Part shown: piece by piece, positions 26,909-41,076 of the stretch
Layout of the letters: the number at the start of each line of letters is the position of its first letter
Position numbering within the stretch: position 1 is the stretch's first letter
NCBI RefSeq assembly: GCF_009914755.1
Contig: NC_060929.1
Origin: the human T2T-CHM13v2.0 reference genome, Homo sapiens
Reading direction: 5' to 3' (one strand)
Length of the DNA: 64,000 bases
The notes under the pieces: generated by a model
What the model was told of the DNA's origin: nothing
Database searches by the model: none
The model's input: only the letters and a program-made list of their open reading frames with translations
Program-made: the position numbers and the translations under genes

Positions 26909-28064
26909 GGGCAAAGTTTCTTCCTGATCAGATTAGATTAAGTGCTTAGTTTTATTCCTAATTCTGCCCCTTTTAACCTGATGTGTACCTTACTCTTTCC
27001 TCCCTCTCTTCCTCCCTTCCTCCTCTCCCCACTCCTTTCCTGCATTTCTCCCTCCCTCCTTCCCTCGTCACATCTCTTATATGAGCACAGTAATTATGAC
27101 CTTTTTGTTTTGGCTACAACTTGATTGAAACAAGTTCAAAATTTAAACAAGTTCATACAAGTTTTTAAAAATTCTCAACTGGTAGCTTGCTTGCTGTGCG
27201 TCTTCCAAACTAAAGCCTGCAAGCGCCACAATTCTAAGTGCCGCCTTCCATTTTTTTTCAGTATGTTTTCACTGGCTTATGTTTTCAGATATGATTTTCC
27301 TTTTTCGCATATATGGTTTAATAAATGGGGGATAATTTTTTTTTTGTAAATCCGTGCTTGTGCCAAGTCTCATATTTCTTTGCCATCTCAGAATTATCTT
27401 TTTACCACCACTGTTTATAAAATTTCCTTAGAGACTTTTTGAAGGGAAAATAGAGCAACAGGGAAAAATGAAAGAAATGTCTTGGTTACTGAGCTCTAAA
27501 TAGACAGGTTTGATGGCACTTCTCATGATACATTTTAGTTATTCTTATAAAAGCAAACAGGCAAACATGAGTGTAAATTAAAGACAAAAAGAAAACTCTG
27601 GTTTTATATTTGAGAACACGTGAAAAATCATGGGTCAACATAAAATCTTGAGAACCTTCTACTTTCTCTGGGAAAGCATTATATAGTGGTGCATTAGTTT
27701 AGAAAGTCAGCTATGATTTTGCCTATAGTTCTAGTTATTAGCTTTGGGGTTTTCTTGTACTTTAAGACATACCTGTAAATTGAACCTATTTGAATTATAT
27801 TCCACTGTATGTGTATTATGGCTCTTTTCCTATTAGAGCAACTTGTGTTTCCCTGATAATGTGTACATTTTTTAGGCATGTACTTAATAGTTCACAATGT
27901 TCTAAATTTGGAAGGACTTAAAAAAAAAACTTGTTTAAATTTCCATCTGTTTTGTAATATCTAGCTCTATATGTAAATGATGGGTTTGTTGGTATTTAAA
28001 ATGAATACAACTTGAATGTAATTAAAGTGCTGTTTTTTGGAAGCGATAAACTTTAAATATACTT

Positions 28065-28070
28065 ATTAAA
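28065..28070 (+). terminator. YTHDC2: Distal poly(A) signal ATTAAA
   Basis: Upstream TGTA elements (about 27953, 27972, 28017) and a downstream T-rich tract. Confidence 0.6.
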
Positions 28071-28719
28071 ATGAAATTCTATTAAGTTTTTCAGATCTTA
28101 TTTCTTATACTTTATAATAAGACTAAGTTAACAATGATCAACAATATCCCCTGAGATAATAATGAATTTCAAACACCTTGAAGAATACTAAATTGATATA
28201 GAAGGTGATGGTTTGTATTGAAACTCCCTTCCCTGTAAATTGCCTTATTTCAATAGGAGATGGCAAAAATCTCTTTTGTTTAGTATAAAATATTTTAAAT
28301 ATTAATAAAATATACAAAAATAGGAAACTTAAACTATATTAAAACATTTCTAAATATTATGAATAGTACCTTGTACTTAAATGTTAGTATTTTTCTAACT
28401 TTATTCACAAAGTTCTTGTCTAAACATCCAGGAGAAAGTTAGTTATAGTATAATATCTTTTTTTTTAATAGTACAATATCTTGGTAGCTAACACTACTTT
28501 TTCTGAACAATTTAGTTCTTTTCTGTCAGCTAATGTTTCCTTTCTTTCAGCTAATGAAGCCATCCATTCAGAAAAGGTGGAGCAGCTGCTGTTTTACCCA
28601 GACATTTCTTTGTAGAAAATGGTAGTAGCATCTTAGATACTTGGCTTCCATCAGTCCTTTCATCTCCCAGAGAATTTTAATATTTGCTTTCACTAATTCT
28701 CTGGAAGCAGTTTGTTGTC

Positions 28720-29027
28720 TTTTTTTTTTTTTTTTTTAAAGGCAAGGTCTCGCTCTGTCACCCAGGCTGTAGTGCTGTGGTGAGATCACAGCTCACTACA
28801 GCCTCAGTCTCCTGGGCTCAACCAATCCTCCCACCTCAGCCTCCCAAGTAGCTGGGACATGCCACCATACCATGCCTGGCTAAATTTTTTTTTTTTTTTT
28901 TTTTTTTTAAGGAGACAAGGTCTCGCAATATTACCCAGACTGGTCTCAAACTCCTGGGCTCAAGTGATTCTCTGGCCTCAGCCTCCCAAAGTGCTGGGTT
29001 TACACGCGTGAGCCACTGTGCTTGGCC
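28720..29027 (-). mobile_element. AluJ with expanded middle T-tract
   Basis: Alu dimer. Confidence 0.9.
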
Positions 29028-29769
29028 ACATTGTCCTTTATTTATAATAAATATTTAATATCACAGTGACATACTAAGATATAACAGGTACATTTCTTGC
29101 TGTCCAGGAGGAGCTTCTTTTGAGTAATAATTTTATTTAAAGTTGTGAGTAACAATTTTATTTAAAATTGTAACAATTTTCACTTTTATAGTACAATTGT
29201 TATAGACAAGGGTTAAGGTATTTAAGAGGAGGATAATCATTGAGGTCTTCATGGTAGAGCTGCATTTGAGCATGCCTTTCAGAAGAGAATTTTTAAATGG
29301 ATTGGGACAAAGTTAAAACTAGTGAAGAGCTGGAAAAGGACAAGGTGTATTTGGGAATATATAATTCACAGTAGCTACCTGGTAAGGTTTTGTGTAAGAG
29401 TTTTACAATGTGAAATATAGAGTGTTTAAGAAAAGCTAAGAAGTGATAATTGAATCAAGTGGAACTTGAGCTTTAATATGCAGATGGGGTGGCTGTTAAA
29501 AATACTTCCTTGGCCTAGGCACAGGGTCTGATCAATAGGTCATTAGTTTTGTAATAGGCCTCAAGAATCTTCATGTTTAGTACATCAACTACTGTCAATT
29601 CAAATGGACAATACTGAAACAGATTGATAAACTGTGTTTTAAAGTTCATGTGGCATCAACACAAAATATTCACATTTTGTATTTTATGCAATAAAAGGTG
29701 ATTGGAGTACCAAAAGTAGAGATATATAATAAAGGATTTACCTTGTTGCAAGATACAATGTGTTATATC

Positions 29770-30025
29770 AAGAAATAGCTTTAGATTTAAGGTTACAATA
29801 CCTGCATTTGAGGCCAGCCTCCAACACTAGATGTGAAAATAGCAAATCACTTAACTTTTCTGACTTCTAATTTCCATGTTTGAAAAGTGAAAATAGTATT
29901 TATCTATCTTAGAAGACAATTAGAAGTGTCAAATGAGAGTGCTTGGAAAGGTATGAATGCTATACAAATATAAACAGTATTATCTGCCTAATAGTGTCCA
30001 GCACAGAGTGGGCACTCAAGTATGG
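29770..30025 (+). mobile_element. MIR fragment
   Basis: gcaaatcacttaacttttctgacttctaatttcc...aaagtgaaaatagta. Confidence 0.55.
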
Positions 30026-30712
30026 TAGATCCCTAATGTATATTTATTCATACCTTTTTCTCTACTAAGTTCAAAGCCAGTTGAGAAATAAGTAGGAAGG
30101 GGACTGAAATATTAGTTTTATTGCTAATGAAGTTGAAGATCATGGCTCAGATTCATGGCCACACAAAATTTCTAAATGCAAACTATTCCTCATTCATTGG
30201 ACTTAATCCTATGGTCATAAGCCTCACCTATAGGAACAGGCCACATATCCAGTTGTTGAGGAAGAGAACATGTGCATCTTGAGACCATGAGACCCAAAAA
30301 GGGAAATCCGGGAAGGAAGAATTTGAGAATACTCAGTCCCTTCAGAAATCAGTAAGACGATGTCACTTCTGCTGGAGGGAAGGAAACAAGGGCAGAAGTG
30401 CTCTTCTCATTATTCTGTATGGGCAAGTGTTACTTTATAGTGCAAGCAGGAACTTTGCGGAAGGAGAGCATGTATTTTTCCTCAGGAGACACAAGGCAAA
30501 GAAAGGCAGAAACAATCGTCCATGAAGTAGAAGAATACCAGAGTAACCAACCCTGAGGATAAGGGAGCAAACTGATGGAGTTGATCCTGTCACGTTGCAG
30601 CACTGGTTTTGCAAAGATGTTTTATCTGAGAAGAGATGTCTGTAGATTCAGTAATTTTGGATGTTAAGCTGAAGTGTCTTCTGATGATGAAACCGCTAAA
30701 TATGCCTATTAA

Positions 30713-30841
30713 TCCATTTATGCTGGAGGTTGGAATTTTTTTGTGTGAAAAATCAGAACTTGGCGATGACCTTGAGCAGTAGTGTATAAATAACTCCCAC
30801 ATGCTTAGCGTTCCAATAATGGAACACTAGGCATAAAGGGA
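30713..30841 (-). mobile_element. MER85 (piggyBac PGBD3-derived MITE)
   Basis: TTAA TSDs at 30709-30712 and 30842-30845; TIRs tccatttatgc / gcataaaggga; internal palindrome gttccaataatggaac at 30810-30825. Confidence 0.9.
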
Positions 30842-32157
30842 TTAAGAAGCTTGGCTTAATCTGAGTTACTTGTGTATTTAATGAATACTCAAAGACCATG
30901 TCTGTTCCTTCAGTTTCTAAGAAAAGAAGAAAGAATGACTTAATGGGTTATTTTGGGAGGATGGACTGAGTGTGCTCAGTTTAACTCTTCCTGAATTCTC
31001 CATCTGTGTACTTTTTCTTTAGGCAACTGACAATTTCTTTAGAGGAAATGCATATTCTAACTTAAAATGAAAGAGGGAAATAATTTATATGCTAATATCC
31101 TCGTCCCAGAACTTTTTTGCATGATATTCAAGCCGTTTGAGCATAGTATGCTAATAGAGATAAGCTCTTGCAGATATATTCTTCAGTTTTTCCTCCCTCT
31201 ATATCATATACATATCCTAATCTACTTATATAAATTAAGTCAAGACAACACTTTAACATGCACATTGAAATTCAGTGAATATTTTCAAATATTCTGCTAT
31301 GAAGTTGAAAGTCAAGAGTTTATAAGATTATCAATGTATTTGACACAAATTCAGAGAGTTCTCATTTAGCCAATTGGAAAAAAAAACCCTTTAATTTTAT
31401 TAATCAAAATGAGAAAATCAAGCCTAGAATAATACAACTATATACTCACATACCTGTGCATATATTGTATGCACATGTGGTAGAAACAGGCTTTTGGGTT
31501 TATGTTCATAGTAACAAAAAAGCAAATGCCATTTATTCCATTCTATTGCAGTCAGTCAGTATCGGAAATTAGCTTTCAATTTAGTATACGGTAAGTTTTC
31601 CTAAGTTAGCTGTGCAGAATCTTTTGGTTATTATATGAAACAGTTTCTTCATATTTTTAATTAGCTTTGAGACACAAAAATCCACTGTGCACTTATAAGA
31701 AAATACTGATATTTAGGAAATTAAAATATATTTCCTTAGAGATTATATAAGTGAATGGATGAATAGAGAAAATGTTTATTATATCAAAACTTTCTGTGAG
31801 GTGGATTATTTTAAACTAGGCTGATTTTGACTCGGCAGCTTAACAACTAATGGTAAGACGGAAAAACACAAAATAGTACAGAAATTGCTGTTCTTAGTAA
31901 TTTCTCAAGATAATATTTCCTAACTTCCTGTCATTCTGAAAGAATATGTAGTGGCAAAACAATTACTCTGATTATATAATGAAATCACAGAGGCTTCAAA
32001 AAAGCATTGTTCCCCATGCCTCACTGCCCACTCCCTCACCCCCCAATACATGGCCAACTTACAATGATGATATATATTTAAATTATTTCTATGTCCACTG
32101 TACACAGTTATGAATCTAAGATTTGACTAATTCTTATTCTCTAATTTGTGAATTTTT

Positions 32158-32440
<283 letters not shown>

Positions 32441-32603
32441 TAATTTGTGATTTTTCACATCAAACATCAATGCACAAAAAGAGAAAGTAGTCAAATCCTA
32501 TTTTCATGAATGATATCTTTGTCATAGTTTTTCCAAATACTATATAGTTTTTAGCATATTGAATATACCTTCTCAAAGATGCTGTGGACTAAATACAACA
32601 CTA

Positions 32604-32954
<351 letters not shown>

Positions 32955-33899
32955 TCATTTCTAGACATTCCCTTGTTTACTTATTCTGAAGCCTACAGAT
33001 TCATTATGGGAAATCTATTCCCTTGGATCTAGTATTGAGTCATTGTATTTTGATCTCTTGAGAAGAGTTGTATATAGATTTGTTAGTTAACAACCTAGTC
33101 GGAAGATATTTGGGTTTGGGATTTGGGATGGGATTAGGCTGTGAAACAGAGCTATACATATATAATGTGTTTATGTATAAACCTGGAATCTAAAATAGTA
33201 CTATTGTTAATTTCTATTTGGGGGAATGGGAAGGGCCAGAAGGAGACATCTTGTGACGTTTTTATTTCATAATATGCACATAAAGATTTGCAGCTGGAGC
33301 TGATGTCAGATTTCATTGCTATTTCCACTCTTTGGCTTCTTAAATCAAGAACTTAATTTTCATAATTTGTCAGTTGCCATTATTTTTCATTTTATCTGGT
33401 ACTTTGTCTAAAACTGTTCTTCAGTGAGTTTGTATATTTCCCACCCCTATCCACAATTCGTATTTGTTCCTTCTGATTCTCTGGGCAGCTTAGATTACAG
33501 CAGCCTTGTATCTACTGACACCTTTTATTCACTGAACGACTCAGCCTGACTCTAAAAACTACAGCAAAGATAAACAATGAGAAAAGAATAATCTTGAATG
33601 AGTACTATAAGGAAAGACATATTCATTTAAGAATTTGTTTTTAGAGATGCATTCTTCACCATTTAAAATCTTATATCCTGAGACAGAGAAAGTCTTGATG
33701 AATAAATCAAATAAACTTCACTCCTGAATAAAAGACCGCAACTGAACAGGTAACTTACAAGTGACTACAACCTTTTAGTTCTGGTGTGGAATGAGCTTCC
33801 CAGAACACAGATTCCCCATTCTGCTCCAGAACTCTCCACAGTTAACCAAAAGGACCACACAGCGCAGTCAGTATGCCTAAGGCCACTGGATGCACCTTG

Positions 33900-34530
33900 A
33901 TCTTTCCAGCCAAATGTAAAATCTTCATTTGGCTGTTAGAATCTCAAACAGCATATTCACAATTGAACTATTCTTTCCCCCGTCCTGATTTACCCAAAGC
34001 TGTCCTCCCTTTAACTGATGCTGGTTTAAATCTTTTGGTTGCTCAGGCCAGAAAACTTGAAGTCATCCTGGACTCCTTTTCAATTCATTTTTCAATTCAA
34101 TCCATCAGAAAATAAGTATCTTGAGTCTACCTTCTAAATTATATCTCGACTCCAGCCGTTTCTCACAACATCTGTCACAACCATTCTGTACTGAGCCGCA
34201 AACAGTCATTCTTACCTGGGTTACTGAAGTAGCTCCTAAGATATCTTCCCTCTTCTACCTCCTCTTCTCTTCCCCCTACACAAATCTATTTTCAACACAG
34301 GAGTTACAGTGATCTTTTTAAAACATTAAATCTGCTCATCTCATATTTTCTGCTCAACACCCTGCAGTCGCTCCCTATTTAATTCAAAAGCCAAAGTCCT
34401 TACATAATCTGATCTCTCATTATCTCTGACCTTCTGTCCTCTACTCTCCTTTCCCACTCATCCTACTTTAGCCACACTGACCTGCTTACTATTCCTTGAA
34501 TATACCAGGCATGTTTCAGACTCAGGGACC
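33900..34530 (+). mobile_element. LINE-2 fragment
   Basis: gttgctcaggccagaaaacttgaagtcatcctggactcc, typical of the L2 3' region. Confidence 0.7.
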
Positions 34531-34599
34531 CACTGAAGCTCTTCACTTTGCTCTTCTCAGAATATCTGGACAACTAGATGTCACCATTTAGTATTAGTT

Positions 34600-35700
34600 T
34601 ACTATAAAGTTTTCTTTTAAATCTTAACTTTTAAAATGAATAGAGTAAAATGAACTTTTTTAAAGATGGACAGTTCTTTGAATTTTAACACATGTACAAA
34701 TTTAGGTAACCTTCACCACAATCAGGATGCAATTTCATCATCCTAAAAAATTCCCTTGTGCTACCCCTTTGTAGTTACATCATCCCCCCGACCCCTAACC
34801 CCTGCCAACCACTGATCTGTTCTCTGACATTCTTGGTTTGTCTTCTTGAGAATGTCCTATAGATAGAATCATACAGTATGTAACCTTTTGAGACTGGCTT
34901 TTTCACTTAGCATAATGTCTTTGAGATTCATCCAAATTATTGTTTATATCTACAATTCATTTTATTTTCTTTTATTGCTGAATAGTATTCACTATTTTTG
35001 AGAATGGCTATATCATTTTGCATTCCTCCCAGTAATGTCAGAGAGGTCCAGTTGTTTCACATTGTTGATAGCTGTTACTATTGTCGGTATTCTTTATTTT
35101 CACCATTCTATTAGGTGTGCAATAGTATCTGATCATGGGGTTAAGTGGTATTTCTCTAATAGCCACTAATGTTGAACATCTTTGCATGTGCTTATTTGTC
35201 AACCATATATCCTCTTTGGGTAAGTCACCTATATTTCCTCTCCAAGTCTTTAGACCATTTCAAAATTGTTTTCTTACTGTTAGTTTTGAGAGTTCATTAT
35301 AGATTCTGAATACAGGTCCTTTGTCAGATATGTGACTTGAAAATACTTTATTTGTAGCTTGTCTTTTCATTCCCTTAACATTTTTTATAATTTTTAATTT
35401 TGATAAGCTATATCTTTTTTTATGGATAGTGATGTTGGTGTCATACTGAGAACTCTTTGCCTAACCCCCAGTTATGAAGGTTTTCTTCCATTGTTTTTTC
35501 TAAAAGTTTTATAGTTTTATATTTAGATTCATGATCCATTTTGAGTTAATTTTTGGATAAAGTATGAGATAGGTTGAGGTTCATTTTTATGTACATGAAT
35601 GTCCAATTGTTCCATCACTATTATTTAAAAGACTACCCTTTCTCTCTTGAATTGCCTTTGCACCTTTGTCAAAAAATCATTTGGCTGTATTTATTTGGTT
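34600..35700 (-). mobile_element. Ancient L1M 3' portion
   Basis: L1M 3'UTR and late-ORF2 motifs in reverse orientation. Confidence 0.7.
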
Positions 35701-36097
35701 CTTGAGTTCTTGAGTTGAGGAGACAAAGTTAAGAGTGGGAAAACCAAAGCACCTAGAGCTCTTAGAACAGACAGAAGACCAGAGATGAGAGAATTTCATA
35801 GAGAGTAAACCGCAACTCTCTGCAGAGGGTCCCTCTGGAGTGTTCAGCAAGCTGCTGATCAGTGCATGCGTGCAAAAACTACCTGAAGTCAGGAAAAGAA
35901 CCATCTGAAAGGATTAAAGAAAACAGTGCCTGGTGCTTATAAATGGCCAAAAATAGTGCCTGTTCCCACCAGACTTGCAAAACTTCAAAAAAGGGAAAAT
36001 GGTACAAAAAACAAATGGAAATAACAAATAGAGACAAAGACAACAACAAAAATAGAAAACAGACAATAGACTCAAACTGAAAAAATTAGTAATCTTA

Positions 36098-36455
36098 TGA
36101 TATGGCTTGGCTGGGTCCCCACCTAAATCTCATCTTGAATTGTAGCTTCCATAATCCTCGTGTGTCATGGCAGGGACCTGGTGGGAGGTAACTGAATCAC
36201 GGGGGTGGGTTTTCCATGCTGTTCTCATGATAGTGAATCAGCTGCACGAGATCTGATGGTTTTATAAAGGGCAGTTTCCTGCACAGGCACTCTTGCCTGC
36301 TGCCATGTTAAGACTTGCCTTTGCCTTCACCTTCTACCATGATTGTGAGGCCTCCCCAGCCATGTGGAACTGTGAGTCCATTAAACCTCTTTTTCTTTAT
36401 AAATTACCCAGTCTTGGGTATGTCTTTATTAGCAGCGTAAGAACAGACTAATACA
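36098..36455 (+). mobile_element. THE1 (THE1D-like) solo LTR
   Basis: tgatatgg...actaataca; TSD tctta/tcata. Confidence 0.88.
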
Positions 36456-37855
36456 TCATATTAAGTGGAATGGTCCAAAAACTCCAAATAAAAGGGAGAG
36501 CTTGTCAGATTGGATAAAAAACCAAGACCCAGCTACATGATGCCTACAAGAAATGAATCATAAATGTAAAGACACACAGGTTAAATGTTAAAAAAATGAA
36601 AGAAGTTATGCCATGCTAATATTAACTTTTAAAAAGCTAGAATGGTTATATTAATGTCAGACAAAGGATAATTCAGAACAAAGAATATAATTGGGATAAA
36701 GACAGTAACTTAATAAAAGATCAATGGATATAATAATCCTAAAAGCTTATGCTCTTAATAATAAAAGAGCTTCAAAATGACTTAAGTGAAAATTGATAGA
36801 ACTGCAAGGAAAAATAGGTAAGTTGACAATTATAGTCAGAGATTTCAATGTCTCTCAATAATTGTTAGAAAAAGTAAGCATAAAGTCAGCAAAAAATAGT
36901 AGGCTTGAAAAACACTATCCATCAACTTGACTTAATTAACATTAATAGAACTTACCACATAACAGGATTAGAATACACAGTCTTTTCAAGTGCACATATA
37001 ATACTTATGATAGACCTGTTGTGGGCCACAAAGCAAATCCCAATAAATTTAAAAGCATTCAAATCATACAAAGTGTGTTCTCTGACCACAATGGACTTAA
37101 ATTTGAAATCAGTAACATTCTACTTTGAACTAGCTAGAAAAAGCAATGTTTTCCCATTGACTTCCTCATAACTTCCAGCATTTACTTTCATTGGATGAAC
37201 TGGTCACGTACACCATTGTCTCTACACCAATCACTGTGCTAATTAGTCTCTGTTAAATGTCTTCCCAAACACATGGACCAAGAGTAGAAAAGAAATGGTT
37301 CTCCAAAGGAATAGCAAAGTTATATTATCACAACAAAGATTCTGGGGCAGGGAAAATTATTAGTTTCCCACTACCAAAAGCTACTTGAACTAATTAATGA
37401 GTTTAACAAGGTTCCAGGATACAAAATCAATATACAAGAACCCAGCTGTATTTCTGTATATTGGCAACAAACAACTGTAAGTTAAAATAAGAAAAAATGC
37501 CATTTACAAAGCATCAAAAAAGATAAATATTTAGGAATAACTGACAAAAGATACGAAAAACCTATACACTGAAATGTACAAAATGTTGCTGAGAGAAATT
37601 AAAGATGACCTAAAAAACAAAGATTTACTTTTTCATGGGTTGGAAGACTCAATATTGCTAAGAAGTCAGTTCTCTGCAAAATCTATAGATTCATCAGAAT
37701 CACAAAAGTGGGCTTTTTTGTAGACATGGGCAAGCTGATTTCAAAATTTATATGGAAATGTAAAGGACCTTAGCATAGCCAAAACAATGGAAAAAGTACA
37801 ACTTTGGAGGGCCCATACTTAATTTTTATCTAATTCAAGACTTAACAAAGCTTTA

Positions 37856-38208
37856 TGCTATAGTTTGGATATAGTTTGTTTGACCCCTTCCAAATCTGAT
37901 GTTGAAATTTGGTTTCCAGTGTTGGAGATGGGTCCTAATGGGAGGTGTTTGGGTCATGAAGGTAGATCCTATGTGAATAGATTAATCCCCCTCTCTCTTG
38001 CTTTCTTGCTTGCCATGTGATCTCTGTACAGCTGGCTCCCCTTTGCCTTCTGCCATGAGTGGAAGCAGCCTGAAGCTCTCACCAGAAGCAAATACTGACA
38101 CCATGCTTCTTGTATAGCCTGCAGAATCATGAGCCAAATAAACCTTTTTATAAAAAATAAATTACCATCTCCGATATTCCTTTATAGCAACACAAACAGA
38201 CTAAGACA
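37856..38208 (+). mobile_element. MST-type MaLR solo LTR
   Basis: tgctatagtttgga...actaagaca; perfect TSD CTTTA. Confidence 0.88.
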
Positions 38209-41076
38209 CTTTAGTATACAAAACAACCTGGTTTTTACATAAATGTGGACACATAGAGCAGTAGAAAGTAATGGAAAGTCCAGAAATACACTCAACATCT
38301 ATGGGCAACTGATTTTTTTTCACAAGGACACAAAGATAATGTGGTAGAAAAAGTACAGTCGTTTCGATACAGGAGTTGGAAATTATTTAGGCAGATAGGG
38401 TAAGAAAGTCCTCAGTAAGCTTTCCTTTTTGTAAAAGCAGCCCCCAAATCATTTCTTTTCTAACAAAAAGCAGCCTGAAAAATCAAGCTGCAAGCATAAC
38501 TAAGCAAGCTAAAATCTTGCATAGGTAAATACCAGCAGCTGTGCCAGTAGAGAAAGGCTACCTGGGGGCCAGTCATGTTCAACATGGTGGCTCCATCTTC
38601 CCTTTGTGAACCACGTGTACAGTAAGGAACAGACAACATGGCGCTGGCCAGGTAGAGAGCCCATCTGCACAATAAAAGATTAGGGTGGGATGGGCAGCTT
38701 CCTTGAACCCCATGCAAACATAACAACTGGTTCTACCAATCTCTTGGGCCCTATGTAAATCAGACACCACCTCCTCCTATATAAATCAGACACCACCTCC
38801 TCAAGCTCATCTACAAAACCCCGTTTATTTCATCACAAAACTGGAAGACCCACTCGGGTGCCCCTCTCTCTCTGCAGAATAGAGAGCTATTCTCTTTTTC
38901 TTTTACGTATTAAACCTCTGCTCTTAAACTCTCTACTTGTGTGTCCATGTCCTTGAATCCCTTGGCGTGAAACAACGAACCTCGGGTATTTATCCCAGAC
39001 AATGTCGCCGCTTCATTTTGGGGCCCCATCTGGGACATCCTTTCATTTCAAGGCTGTCGGCCTCCATTCTGGGCATTTTGGCTGTGTTTTGAACTGATTT
39101 CCCTTCATGGAAACCTAGCCATTGCATGGGGCTGGAATAAGTCCTGGAGGATTTCTGGCCAGGTCTACACCCTGGTGTTATCTGAAGGCTTCTGGACTGA
39201 CCCGCCTCCAACTGCTCAATCAGGCATCGGCAACAGGATCTCCAGCTTTACTTATCATAATTTCCTCCTTTCCTGTCTGCGACTGCCATGTCTCCTCTCT
39301 CTGTATGCAATGTGGTGGGAATTTTTACAGTTCAGGGAAGTAATCCTATTAGGCAAGATCAGGAAATGTAGGATGCTGCAGTAACCAGGAATATAGCTCA
39401 AGGGAATGTCGTTTTTGTGATTTTTCTAGGAACTGAGGGTCTCCACCACTCCCCCGCCCCACCACTGTGAGCATTTCTCCGCCCTTGGGCTGGAGGGCAC
39501 ATGGCATTTCAAGGTCAACAGCACCACCTAGTGGAATAGAAATCTCCTCCCTTTTGGCACCTCTCTACTAGAGACCAGGCTTTATGCGCTTCTGTAAATG
39601 GAAAAACTCTCCCTTCAGCAATGAGGAGGAAAAAATCCTCTAAAATCAAATTTTAGTCTCGATACCGTCCCATCAGCAGGAAAATGGCCATTCGGTCCCT
39701 ACGTTCTTTTAAGGCACATATTCTACCTCCCATTAAAACGATACTTAAATAGTAAGAAGATTTTATGTCTGGAAGTTCACCGGAACCATTCTCTAAGGGT
39801 AAGTGCTTTAGCATGGGCCATAATAGCAGGATATAGAGTTTAATCTAGTACACTCCCTCCATTAAATGGGTCTTGCTCACATGAAACTATTATGTAGTTT
39901 TTCCTGAGATCCATCTTTCTGGGAGCCACACGGGCCAGATGAGTCCAGGAAATCAAAGGGATATCACAAGTGGAGGACTAAAGTCACAAGAGTGAACATA
40001 ATCCCAAATCGCTTAGTTCCTTTGGTTCCATGCTGAGGGTCATGCCTGCAACCATGGGTGGCACATTTAATAAATGCCAGGGCTCAGGGAACTAGGGAGG
40101 GAAAACAGGTGGGGGGATGCCTCCACTGTCTTTCCCTCTACCTTGGGCCATTTCAAAGGAAAGGAAGGAGACTAAAGGCATACGTTTTTCTTGCTTCTCT
40201 TTCTAGATAGGTAACAGACCATCTTCAGCCTGAATTCCTCTGGAATGTGTTCTGAAGCACTGGGACTCCTTTGACACTAGATTTTAAAGAAAAAGTGGGT
40301 CACTTTCTTATGCACAAGGGCATGGCCTTCTTACTAGAACTTTGCAAGTGTTGCACAATCAACTCAGCTTTTTTACCAGTCATATCAGGAGGGCCCAAAG
40401 GAAATGATTCCCCAAAATTAGAGAAACAAACCCTCAGGAAACCCTTGAATGCAACCCTCGAATGCAACTTCCAGATGCTGTGGCCCTTCCTGCCCCCCAT
40501 CCACATGTCAGCTCCTCCAGTTCTACTACCCAAACCGCTAGACTTTTCTATGGTATTTCTCCTTCCTTCTTTCACAGTTTAAAATGGCTCCTATTCCTTC
40601 TTTTATAATGTTCCTCCAAACAGAGAAATGTCAAGTTCCCCAAACCTTAAAGTGCATCGCTTAGAGTTGAGCTCAGGAGCAGGGAACCCAGAAGCTGACA
40701 TGCCAGCAAAACGGTAAAAGTTTTTTTTTAACCAGTTGGGCTTTTGGCCTCTCTGTCTCTGGGCAAACTGGTAAAAGGGATAATAAGGATCACTGATTAC
40801 ATTCTCTGTTAAGTTTTAATTAATGAAAAAGGATTTGTGTAGTTGGTCTTAAGCTGTCGTCAATCTGGTGTGCTTTGCATGTCTTTCTGCATGGTTCTGT
40901 CAAAAGAAAGGGTGCCTTAGGACTGGGACCTCATAAACCTGCTGTTCAAGCCAGCCCTACAAAATGATCGGTGATGAAGTTTGCTGCAGGCCTCCATCTT
41001 GTTTTATGTCCTTGGGAACATGAGCTGTGACTACGTGGCAATACTTTGTTTTAGTCTCTGCCATTCTACAGTGGTG

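Larger units (their letters stand above)
26283..28086 (+). other. YTHDC2: YTHDC2 terminal non-coding exon / 3' UTR (3' end approximate)
   Basis: Repeat-poor AU-rich sequence after the acceptor. ATTAAA at 28021-28026 and 28065-28070, followed by U-rich sequence. Confidence 0.7.
35710..38364 (+). mobile_element. Ancient L1M fragments (5' region, EN, late ORF2) with two nested MaLR LTRs
   Basis: EN-like remnants (ORF 36905-37171) and late ORF2 (gatacaaaatcaatatacaa; tcatgggttggaagactcaatattg). Confidence 0.7.
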
